From an uncultured Alphaproteobacteria bacterium (GTDB lineage: Bacteria > Pseudomonadota > Alphaproteobacteria > HIMB59 > GCA-002718135), in the NCBI GenBank assembly GCA_902635455.1, contig CACPNW010000003.1, positions 12,295 to 76,294 on the forward strand: DNA of 64,000 nt. The letters run 5' to 3'. Shown in pieces: positions 1 through 8,385 of this stretch. Position 1 is the stretch's first letter. Each line of letters begins with the position of its first letter. The position numbers and the translations under genes are program-made. Below the pieces are notes generated by a model. The model was not told the DNA's origin. It ran no database searches and saw nothing but the letters and a program-made list of their open reading frames with translations.

Positions 1-144
1 GCTTTGATTTTGACAAGTCATACACCTCAATTGTAGAGATATATTTTTAATCTTTGTTTCTATTTGCTCTTCTGTTTTTAACTCAGTACTAATCATCAAA
101 ACTAGGATTGTAAAAATACAAATTAAATTTTTTTTATTGAACAA
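1..144 (-). CDS. ccmH: Cytochrome c biogenesis protein CcmH/CcmL, 5' part (runs off the window edge)
   Basis: Hand translation from TTG at 144 gives hydrophobic N-terminus then ...ISLQLRCMTCQNQS, the LRCxxCQNQS CcmH motif; directly follows ccmG. Not in ORF track. Confidence 0.88.
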   Translation of the reverse strand, partial: MFNKKNLICIFTILVLMISTELKTEEQIETKIKNISLQLRCMTCQNQS

Positions 145-661
145 GAGGTTTGATTTCTTCATTAAATATTTTTTCAGTTATTGGTCCTAAATGTTTATAG
201 ATAATAAATCCCTCTTTGTTTATTATAAAAGTTTCTGGTAATCCAAATACACCAAACTCAAGCCCAACCATTCCCCTTCTATCTAAGCCAACAAAGCTAT
301 AAGGATTACCCTCATTTTGAAGATATTTTTTAGCATCATTAACCTTGTCTTTATAGTTTATTCCAACTAATAATAAATTATTTAAATCGTTTTTTATTTT
401 AAAAAGCATTTTGTGTTCAACTTTACAAGGAGCACACCAACTTGCAAAAAAATTTAATAAAATAAAATTATCTTTTAAATTTTCTTGTGTGATAACCTCT
501 TTATCATCAAACAAATTTTTTACTTCAAATTTAGGAATCTCTTTATTCAGCAAAGCACTTGGTGGATTTTTAGGATCATTTTTTTGTAACAAATAAATTA
601 ATAGAAATATAGAAATTATTATAAATATTATAAGTGGTAAAAAAAATATAAACCTTTTCAT
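134..661 (-). CDS. ccmG: Thiol:disulfide interchange protein CcmG/DsbE
   Basis: N-terminal TM anchor, FFASWCAPC thioredoxin motif, GVFGLPETF; ccm operon context. Confidence 0.93.
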   Translation of the reverse strand: MKRFIFFLPLIIFIIISIFLLIYLLQKNDPKNPPSALLNKEIPKFEVKNLFDDKEVITQENLKDNFILLNFFASWCAPCKVEHKMLFKIKNDLNNLLLVGINYKDKVNDAKKYLQNEGNPYSFVGLDRRGMVGLEFGVFGLPETFIINKEGFIIYKHLGPITEKIFNEEIKPLVQ

Positions 662-2529
662 TTTTTAGTTACTCCTAATAATCCTGAAATTACCATTATA
701 AATATCCCAATCCATATCAAGCTTACAAGAGGATTATTATAAATCTTAATTGACCATTTTTCATTTTCCTGTCCACCAAGTAAGATATAAATATCTTTAA
801 ACCAATCATGATAAATACCCGCTTCAGTTGTAATGGTTTTAGACACATGATAGTAATTTTTTCCTGCTTCTATTTGGGCAAAGTTTATATCATTTTTTTT
901 AATAATAAATTTGCCTCTAAGTTTTTGAAAATTATTTTTACTTTCTACTGTTATTTCCTCAAATAAAATTATTGAATTAGCAAAAGAAATTTCTTCACCT
1001 ACATTTAATGAAAAATCATTTTCTTCTTTAAGTAGGGATGAAAAAGTTATACCAATTATAAGAATCCCAACACCTATATGAGCTATATATGCATTTATGT
1101 TCTTTAAAAATTTAAGTTTAAAAGATTTTTTTTCAATAAAGATAATTGCTATCAATGAAGCTAAAATTATCCAAGAACCTAAAAATAGACCTATAAACAA
1201 CCAGGGATTCAAATAAGTAAAAATGCTTATAAATACAATTAGCACGCTTAATGATATTAAAACAAGTGAGTAATACTTATAGTTTTTTAATTTATTTGTT
1301 TGCCAAGATAGGCTTGGAGCAATACTCATTAGTAAGAAGCCTGGCAACATAATTGGCAATACAGTTGAATTAAAATAAGGTCCCCCAACAGAAATACGAG
1401 TATCTGTTAAAACCTCTATTATAATTGGATAAATTGTACCAAGAAGGATTGTGAGACATGCGATAATCATAATAATATTATTAATAATAAGCGAAGAGGT
1501 CTTGTTTAAGAGAAGTAATTTTATAGATTTTTTATCTTCAGGCATTTTTAACAAAAAAATTGTTAATCCAAATCCTGTAATAAGGAAAAAAATTAGCAAA
1601 ATAAACAAACCTCTTGAGGGATCAGAAGCAAACGAATGAACACTAGTTAATATTCCTGATCGAACTAGAAAAGTTCCAAAGATGCTTAAAGAGAAACAAA
1701 GAATAGATAAAAAAACTATCCATTTTGTTAATACTTGCTCTCCTTTTGAAATAAATAAAGAGTGGACAAGCGCTAATCCTGCAATCCAAGGCATTAGAGA
1801 AACATTTTCTACTGGATCCCAAAACCACCAACCTCCCCAACCTAACTCATAATATGCCCAATAACAACCCAGGCCAATTCCCAATGTCAGCATAGACCAG
1901 CAAAACAAAGACCAATTTTTTAAAACCCTAAACCACTCATTGTTAATTTTCTTTTCCACGATTCCTGCAATTGCAAAGCTAAATATTAGAGAATAACCTA
2001 CATAGCCCAAATATAATGCAGGAGGATGAATTGCTAACGCAGGATCCTGTAAAACAGGGTTTAATCCAAGACCATCACTAACATTTACATTATTTGCTAA
2101 AAAGGGATTAGAAACAAAAACCAAATAAAAAGAAAAAAGAATAAATAAAATACTTTGAAAAAAAATAGTTTTAAACTTTAGGCTTTCATCTATTTTCTTA
2201 ACAAACGAAAATATGAAACTATAAATTGACATAATTGTAATCCACATCAACATCGATCCTTCGTGATTGCCCCAAGCACCACTAATCTTGTATAAAATTG
2301 GTTTACTAGAATGAGAATTTTGAAAAACATTATAATTTGAAAAATCAGAAATAATATAAGCAAATATTAAGGTTAAAAATGATAACAAAATAAAAATTGT
2401 TGCAAATCGAGAAATAAAAATAATTTTATTAAAACTTAGTTTAAAAAAATTAATAATATTTGCAAAAACAACAAATAGATTTGTTATTATTGATAAACAC
2501 AAAAATAAAAAACCAATTATTGAAACCAT
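658..2529 (-). CDS. ccmF: Cytochrome c heme lyase CcmF
   Basis: WGNHEGS, GLNPVLQ, IHPP, WGGWWFWDPVEN and SVHSFA motifs; ATG at 2529 overlaps the ccmE stop (TAATG). Confidence 0.95.
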   Translation of the reverse strand: MVSIIGFLFLCLSIITNLFVVFANIINFFKLSFNKIIFISRFATIFILLSFLTLIFAYIISDFSNYNVFQNSHSSKPILYKISGAWGNHEGSMLMWITIMSIYSFIFSFVKKIDESLKFKTIFFQSILFILFSFYLVFVSNPFLANNVNVSDGLGLNPVLQDPALAIHPPALYLGYVGYSLIFSFAIAGIVEKKINNEWFRVLKNWSLFCWSMLTLGIGLGCYWAYYELGWGGWWFWDPVENVSLMPWIAGLALVHSLFISKGEQVLTKWIVFLSILCFSLSIFGTFLVRSGILTSVHSFASDPSRGLFILLIFFLITGFGLTIFLLKMPEDKKSIKLLLLNKTSSLIINNIIMIIACLTILLGTIYPIIIEVLTDTRISVGGPYFNSTVLPIMLPGFLLMSIAPSLSWQTNKLKNYKYYSLVLISLSVLIVFISIFTYLNPWLFIGLFLGSWIILASLIAIIFIEKKSFKLKFLKNINAYIAHIGVGILIIGITFSSLLKEENDFSLNVGEEISFANSIILFEEITVESKNNFQKLRGKFIIKKNDINFAQIEAGKNYYHVSKTITTEAGIYHDWFKDIYILLGGQENEKWSIKIYNNPLVSLIWIGIFIMVISGLLGVTKK

Positions 2530-2966
2530 TAGTACTTTCTTTGCCAATACTCATTTAGTTCTAAACTTTTTTTTATTGAATTTGGCATATAGTTTTCATC
2601 ATGTTTAGCATACACAGTACTTGCTTTAATCAATTTTTTACTAATTAGGATACCTTCTATAACAGCTCCTTGCTCTTCTCTAAATAAATCAGGTAGAAAT
2701 CCAGTATACATAACTTTTATAAAATTTTTCTTATCAGATAAATTAAATTCATAAGTTCTATCAGCAATTTTTTTAAAAGATCCTTTTTGTACAAAAGCCC
2801 CAATTCTTATAGTCTTATTTAATTCTACATTATTTTCTAATAACTCAGAAGGTGTATAAAAAAAAACAATATTTTTTTTAGAATTAAAAAGTATTAATAA
2901 TATAGCAGATAGTAAAAACAATAAAGATAACAAAATTAACAAAAGTCGCTGAAAACGAAGTGTCAT
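2529..2966 (-). CDS. ccmE: Heme chaperone CcmE
   Basis: FFYTPSE, LPDLFREEQG and AKHDENY heme-binding motif. Confidence 0.95.
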   Translation of the reverse strand: MTLRFQRLLLILLSLLFLLSAILLILFNSKKNIVFFYTPSELLENNVELNKTIRIGAFVQKGSFKKIADRTYEFNLSDKKNFIKVMYTGFLPDLFREEQGAVIEGILISKKLIKASTVYAKHDENYMPNSIKKSLELNEYWQRKY

Positions 2967-3070
2967 TTATTTTTTATTTTTTTTTTAAACTTTAAATAAC
3001 TAACTATAAATAATAGAAAAATTAATATTAAGGCAATAATATAAGAAGATGCTACGTACCAAAAATACAT
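2963..3070 (-). CDS. ccmD: Heme exporter protein CcmD (35 aa)
   Basis: Hand translation MYFWYVASSYIIALILIFLLFIVSYLKFKKKIKNK*: YVxxSY, single TM helix, basic tail; ATGA overlap with ccmE; lies between ccmC and ccmE. Below the ORF-track length cutoff. Confidence 0.88.
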   Translation of the reverse strand: MYFWYVASSYIIALILIFLLFIVSYLKFKKKIKNK

Positions 3071-3133
3071 ATTTACTAAATAACGAATTTTTTTTTTTTT
3101 AATATATTATCTATGAGGACAGATAGTCACAAA

Positions 3134-3832
3134 TTAACTTATTTTGTCTTTTCTTGATAAAATTTCATATTTTATTCGTAAAATACTAATTAAAACAGCT
3201 ATTAGGGCAAAAGATAAAGTCATAATTAATAACGGTATAAGCATTGCGATATCTATAGATGGCGATGAAAATTTGCTTATACTGGCTGGTTGATGAAGTG
3301 TATTCCACCAATCAACTGAGAATTTGATAATTGGCAAGTTTATAGAGCCAATAATAATAAAGATTGCTACTATTTTTTCTTTTAACTCTATTTTTGTAAA
3401 TGAGTAGTTTATAAAAACTATTATCAAGTATACTAATAGTAATATTGCAACAGATGTCAGCCTTGCATCCCATACCCACCAAGTCCCCCACATTGGTTTT
3501 CCCCATAGAGAGCCTGTAATTAAACAAATAATCGTAAATATAGTTCCAATAGGAGCGATAGCTGTGTTTACTATAAAAGCAAAAGGAATTTTAAATGCAA
3601 GCCCAACAATACTGTAAATTGTCATTATAAAAAAAATTAAAAGAGCAAGCCACGCAGAGGGTACGTGTATATACATTATTCTTACAGTTGACCCCTGCTG
3701 ATAGTCATTAGGAGATAAATATAATGAAAACAATAATCCCACAACTAAACATATCGCTGATAACAAATATAAGGGCTTAATAATTATATCTGTAAATTTA
3801 TTGAATTTATTTGGATTAATTAAAAATTTCAT
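3134..3832 (-). CDS. ccmC: Heme exporter protein CcmC
   Basis: IMYIHVPSAW, WGKPMWGTWWVWDARLT (WWD motif), WWNTLHQP. Confidence 0.96.
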   Translation of the reverse strand: MKFLINPNKFNKFTDIIIKPLYLLSAICLVVGLLFSLYLSPNDYQQGSTVRIMYIHVPSAWLALLIFFIMTIYSIVGLAFKIPFAFIVNTAIAPIGTIFTIICLITGSLWGKPMWGTWWVWDARLTSVAILLLVYLIIVFINYSFTKIELKEKIVAIFIIIGSINLPIIKFSVDWWNTLHQPASISKFSSPSIDIAMLIPLLIMTLSFALIAVLISILRIKYEILSRKDKIS

Positions 3833-3833
3833 A

Positions 3834-4505
3834 CTATTTATTTGCTAGAGCTAATTTAATACAAAATGCTGATACCCATGGTGTGATTGCAAAAAAAATA
3901 AAAGCAATTCCAGTCAAAATTTTAAGTAATGGTAAAAAATTTTCTTCTGAATTTACTATTCCTACAGAAAATATAATCACTGGAATGCTAAAAATCATAA
4001 CAATGATACTACCTAAAGAAAAATTATTCTTATTTAATAAGTTCATAGATGAAGAAATTGATCCCAAGCAAGACAGAATAAAAGAGCCAATAAAAAAACT
4101 TAATAGCAATAAAGAAATTTTTTCAATTTCTAAGTTAATAAGGATACTGGCTATAGGCAATGAAATTAAAAAAGGCAATTGTATAAAGAAAAAATGCGAA
4201 AAAACTTTTATTAAAGAGATAAGCTCATAACTCAATCCTGACATATGGGTTATTATAATCGACCCATTTTCAAAATCATCTTGATAATATTTTTTGAGTG
4301 ATAAGGTTGAGCTTAAAATTAATAAAGCCCATAATATCCCCACTCCTGTATGATTTAAGATTTCCTTATTTGGGCCTATCGCAAATACAAAAACAAATAT
4401 TGAAATAAAGAAAAAAAACAAAAAAGTAAGTACATTATTAAAATTTCTTAAATTAATTTTGTATTCCTTTAAAAAAACAGAAAATATTATTTGTATTGTA
4501 TTCAT
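3834..4505 (-). CDS. ccmB: Heme exporter permease CcmB
   Basis: Multi-TM protein with FAIGP and DDFENGS; lies between ccmA and ccmC. Start could be TTG at 4511. Confidence 0.9.
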   Translation of the reverse strand: MNTIQIIFSVFLKEYKINLRNFNNVLTFLFFFFISIFVFVFAIGPNKEILNHTGVGILWALLILSSTLSLKKYYQDDFENGSIIITHMSGLSYELISLIKVFSHFFFIQLPFLISLPIASILINLEIEKISLLLLSFFIGSFILSCLGSISSSMNLLNKNNFSLGSIIVMIFSIPVIIFSVGIVNSEENFLPLLKILTGIAFIFFAITPWVSAFCIKLALANK

Positions 4506-4507
4506 AA

Positions 4508-5116
4508 TCAAAAAAGAGATAAGATTTCTAAGTTTTTCAAATTAGGCTCATAATGAGAACTAAAGATTATTGCCCCCTCATTGGAAACATGGTCAATAAA
4601 AGTGTCATTAATTAATTCTATAGAGTTGCTATCTAAACTATTATAGGGCTCATCTAAAATCCAAAGTTTTTTTTGTTCTAATATTAATCTTGTCAATTCT
4701 AACTTCTTTATTTCTCCTTGTGATAAATACATAGTCTTTGTGTTAATGTATTTATCTATTTTTAAAACATCAAGTAGTCTATTGATACTTTCTTCATTAA
4801 TTTTAGATGAAGAAATTCTTTTCCAAAAAATTATGTTTTCAATAATTGTCATATCCATTGAAGATGTTGGCTTATCTAATATTAATGTTGTTGATTTATA
4901 AAAATTAAAAAGATTGTTTTTTAATTTTTTTCCTAACCAATAAATATCGCCCCCACTAGGCTCTAAAATATTTACTAAGTTTTTTATTAAAGTTGTTTTA
5001 CCGCTTCCATTATTGCCTTTAATGAATATTATTTTACCTGGCGTAGCTGCTATATCTATATTTTCAAATATGGTTTTGTTTAATCTTTTGTAAGTAATTT
5101 TGTTTGCAAGAAGCAT
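4508..5116 (-). CDS. ccmA: Heme ABC exporter ATP-binding protein CcmA
   Basis: Walker A GNNGSGKT, LSQGE signature, LWILDEP Walker B, SSH. Confidence 0.92.
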   Translation of the reverse strand: MLLANKITYKRLNKTIFENIDIAATPGKIIFIKGNNGSGKTTLIKNLVNILEPSGGDIYWLGKKLKNNLFNFYKSTTLILDKPTSSMDMTIIENIIFWKRISSSKINEESINRLLDVLKIDKYINTKTMYLSQGEIKKLELTRLILEQKKLWILDEPYNSLDSNSIELINDTFIDHVSNEGAIIFSSHYEPNLKNLEILSLF

Positions 5117-5152
5117 AAAGTTGTCTCTATAAAATTTATGATCTTATACAAT

Positions 5153-5182
5153 AAAAAAAAACGGGGCGAACCCCGTTTTTTT
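5153..5182 (-). terminator. Rho-independent terminator (bidirectional form) after the basic-protein gene
   Basis: Minus strand reads ACGGGG-TTCG-CCCCGT followed by a long T run; A/T runs on both sides. Confidence 0.85.
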
Positions 5183-5252
5183 AAGATCTATGATCTTTAT
5201 GTTAAGAAAAAGAAAACTTAAAAAAAGCTTTCTATGAAAGGAATTGGATATA

Positions 5253-5435
5253 CTATCTTCTTCTTTTCTTAGCGGCTTTTTTCTTTTTCTTAGCTGCTTT
5301 TTTCTTTTTCTTAGGTGCAGCTTTTTTCTTTTTCTTAGGTGCAGCTTTTCTTTTCTTTTTCTTAGGTGCTGCTTTTTTTCTTCTAGGTGCTGCTTTCTTT
5401 TTCTTTTTAGCAGCTTTTTTTCTTTTCTTCGCCAT
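5253..5435 (-). CDS. Small extremely basic histone H1/protamine-like protein (60 aa)
   Basis: 33 K, 7 R, 15 A, 4 P, 1 M; repeated AA(P)KKKKK units; AGGAG RBS upstream; terminator downstream; synonymous variation between repeat units. Confidence 0.8.
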   Translation of the reverse strand: MAKKRKKAAKKKKKAAPRRKKAAPKKKKRKAAPKKKKKAAPKKKKKAAKKKKKAAKKRRR

Positions 5436-5462
5436 TTAATGCTCCTTGTAATGCGTTAATTC

Positions 5463-5497
5463 GGAGGAACCCCCCTCCATCATCACTAATTTAGTGA
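5463..5497 (-). promoter_or_regulatory. Candidate structured 5' leader or operator of the basic-protein gene
   Basis: GGAGG-n6-CCTCC hairpin (5463-5478) and perfect inverted repeat TCACTAA-T-TTAGTGA (5483-5497) in an otherwise very AT-rich spacer. Confidence 0.45.
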
Positions 5498-5738
5498 CAA
5501 ACATAAAAGGCTTTCTTTTTTTCCCAAAACTTACGGTTAAAGTCAACATTATACATTTAATAAAAAAAACACTTAAATTTATCAAAATTGATTTAAATTT
5601 TTTAATTTTTAATTTTTTTTGTAAAATTTTTAAAAATGTATTATTTTTCGCAGAAAACATATAATAAATTAACAATAATAGTATACAAAAATATATCTAA
5701 GTACTATTTTAGTAATTATTTTATTTCAATATAGCAAT

Positions 5739-8381
5739 ATGAAGTCTAAAAATTCTTTTAATACACAGTCAATTTTATCAATTAATGGCAACGAATATGT
5801 TTATTTTGATTTAAAGAAGTTATCAAAAAAATTTAATTTTAGTCTAAAAGAAGTACCTAATTCTCTTAAAATCCTATTGGAAAACTTAATTCGCAACGAA
5901 GATGGCATATCTATTACAAAAGAAATTATTGAAAAAATTTGTAAACAAATAAATTTAAATAAAAAAAATTTTGAAATTAGTTTTTTCCCTACTCGAGTAC
6001 TTATGCAAGATTTTACTGGAGTTCCTGCGGTTGCCGATCTCGCTGCAATGAGAAACGCTCTTAAAAAAAAGAAAATTGACCCTAAAAAAATAAACCCTTT
6101 ATCAAGAGTAGACTTAGTTATTGATCATTCGGTAATGGTTGATAATTATGGCTCAAATAAAGCTTATGAAAAAAACGTTAAAAAAGAATTTGAAAGAAAT
6201 AGAGAAAGATACGAATTTCTTAAATGGGGGCAAGAATCTTTTGATAATTTTTATTTAGTTCCCCCAGGAGCTGGTATTTGCCATCAAGTAAATCTTGAAA
6301 ATATATCTAAAACAATTTGGTTAAAAAAAGAAGAAAACCAAGAATATTTATTTCCTGATTCAGTTGTTGGAACAGACAGCCACACTACTATGGTGAACGC
6401 TCTTTCAGTTTTAGGTTGGGGTGTTGGTGGAATTGAAGCTGAAGCCGCAATGTTGGGCCAGCCAATTTCAATGAATATTCCTAAAGTTCTTGGGTTTAAG
6501 ATTACAGGCAAATTAAAAGAAGGTATTACAGCTACTGACTTAGTTTTGACTATTACTTCAATATTAAGAAAGCATGGTGTAGTTGGAAAATTTGTAGAAT
6601 TTTATGGTCCTGGACTAGCAAACCTATCTTTAGCAGATAGAGCAACTATTTCTAATATGTCACCAGAATACGGCGCCACATGTGGTTTTTTTCCGACAGA
6701 TAGTGAAACTTTAAATTATTTAACTATGAGTGGTAAAAATTCTGACCATATAAATATTGTTGAAAAATATACTAAGTCACAATTTTTATGGAATGATGAA
6801 AGTAATGATCCAATATTTGATGAAAATATTATTTTTGATCTTAGTTCCGTCGAGGCATCAGTAGCAGGGCCTAAAAGACCACAAGACAAAATATTACTAA
6901 AAGATATTCCTGAATCTTTTAGAGATTTAGATTCAACATTAATAAATAATAAAAATTTAAATAAAATTCAAACAGGATCTATAGTTATTGCAGCCATTAC
7001 TAGTTGTACTAATACCTCTAATCCAAACGTTATGATAGCAGCTGGTTTAATAGCAAAAAAAGCTATTGAAAAAGGACTAAAAGTTAAACCTTGGGTTAAA
7101 ACCAGTTTAGCTCCAGGAAGTAAAGTAGTAAGCGATTATTTAGATAAATCTGGATTAACAAAATATTTAAATAAAATTGGATTTAATCTAGTTGGTTATG
7201 GTTGTACAACATGCATAGGTAACTCAGGTCCATTAAATCAAAATATTGCTGAAGAAATAAGAAAGAAAGACTTAACTGTTTGTTCGATTTTATCTGGAAA
7301 TAGAAATTTTGAAGGTCGAGTTCATCAAGATGTTAAAGCTAATTATCTTGCTTCTCCACCTCTCGTAATCGCTTATTCTATAGCTGGCAATATTAATGTT
7401 GATATACAAAATGAACCTATCGGTACCTCTTTAGATGGAAAAGAAGTTTATTTAAAAGATATATGGCCAACTTCTTTAGAAATTGAAAAAATTTTAACAA
7501 ACTCTCTTTCTTCAGATATGTTTATTAATAGATATGGAGAGATATATGATGGTGATCAAAATTGGAAATCCATTAAAAGTAGCAAAGACACAACATATAA
7601 TTGGAGCGCAGCAAGCACATATATAAAATCCCCCCCTTTTTTTGATGAAGAAGAAATTACTAAGAATGAAGATATAGTTGAGGCCAGAATTCTTGCAATG
7701 TTAGGAGATAGTGTTACCACAGATCATATTTCTCCTGCTGGCTCAATCAAACAAGAAAGCCCTGCTGGGAAATATTTAAGTGAAAGACAAATATTGAGAG
7801 AAAATTTTAATTCATATGGATCTCGCAGGGGCAACCATGAAATTATGATGAGGGGAACTTTTGCCAATATTAGAATAAATAATGAAATTATACCTGGAAC
7901 AGAAGGCGGTATAACAAAATCTTTTGTCTCAAATAAGCAAATGTCAATATATGATGCTTCAATAGAATATTCAAAAAATAATATTCCGTTAGTAATTGTT
8001 GCCGGCAAAGAGTATGGAACAGGTTCTTCAAGAGACTGGGCTGCCAAAGGAACTAAATTATTAGGTATAAATGCAGTAATAGCTGAAAGCTTCGAGAGAA
8101 TACACCGGTCAAACTTAATAGGCATGGGAGTTCTTCCATTACAATTTATTTCAAACCAAAATAGATTATCTTTAAATTTGAATGGTAGCGAAAAAATTTC
8201 AATTAAAAACATTATTAATATATTTCCAAATATGGAATTTGAATGTGAAATAATTTCGGAAAATGAAACAAGATTAATTAAATTACTATGCAGAATTGAT
8301 ACAAAAAAAGAAATAGAATATTATAAAGCAGGTGGAATTTTACAATATGTATTAAAAAGCATTATTGATAAAGCTTCCTGA
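5739..8381 (+). CDS. acnA: Aconitate hydratase AcnA
   Basis: QDFTGVPAVADLAAMR, DSHTTM, TSCTNTSNP, GYGCTTCIGNSG, GSSRDWAAKG. Confidence 0.98.
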   Translation: MKSKNSFNTQSILSINGNEYVYFDLKKLSKKFNFSLKEVPNSLKILLENLIRNEDGISITKEIIEKICKQINLNKKNFEISFFPTRVLMQDFTGVPAVADLAAMRNALKKKKIDPKKINPLSRVDLVIDHSVMVDNYGSNKAYEKNVKKEFERNRERYEFLKWGQESFDNFYLVPPGAGICHQVNLENISKTIWLKKEENQEYLFPDSVVGTDSHTTMVNALSVLGWGVGGIEAEAAMLGQPISMNIPKVLGFKITGKLKEGITATDLVLTITSILRKHGVVGKFVEFYGPGLANLSLADRATISNMSPEYGATCGFFPTDSETLNYLTMSGKNSDHINIVEKYTKSQFLWNDESNDPIFDENIIFDLSSVEASVAGPKRPQDKILLKDIPESFRDLDSTLINNKNLNKIQTGSIVIAAITSCTNTSNPNVMIAAGLIAKKAIEKGLKVKPWVKTSLAPGSKVVSDYLDKSGLTKYLNKIGFNLVGYGCTTCIGNSGPLNQNIAEEIRKKDLTVCSILSGNRNFEGRVHQDVKANYLASPPLVIAYSIAGNINVDIQNEPIGTSLDGKEVYLKDIWPTSLEIEKILTNSLSSDMFINRYGEIYDGDQNWKSIKSSKDTTYNWSAASTYIKSPPFFDEEEITKNEDIVEARILAMLGDSVTTDHISPAGSIKQESPAGKYLSERQILRENFNSYGSRRGNHEIMMRGTFANIRINNEIIPGTEGGITKSFVSNKQMSIYDASIEYSKNNIPLVIVAGKEYGTGSSRDWAAKGTKLLGINAVIAESFERIHRSNLIGMGVLPLQFISNQNRLSLNLNGSEKISIKNIINIFPNMEFECEIISENETRLIKLLCRIDTKKEIEYYKAGGILQYVLKSIIDKAS

Positions 8382-8385
8382 GTTA

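Noticed and set aside
3088-3100. 13-nt T/A homopolymer between ccmC and ccmD as a phase-variation switch
   Set aside because: Intergenic, and long A/T runs are common in this AT-rich genome; no supporting evidence
5244-5459. 71-aa F/L/S/C-rich plus-strand ORF
   Set aside because: Antisense shadow of the poly-Lys gene; the RBS, terminator position and codon pattern all support the minus strand
5436-5675. 79-aa minus-strand ORF upstream of the basic protein
   Set aside because: Spans the AT-rich divergent promoter region and leader hairpins; no motif; probably a chance ORF
7724-8212. Long antisense ORFs inside acnA, fdxA, mdh, lpdA, atpH and others
   Set aside because: They lie wholly opposite well-conserved genes and carry no motifs; expected codon-bias shadows
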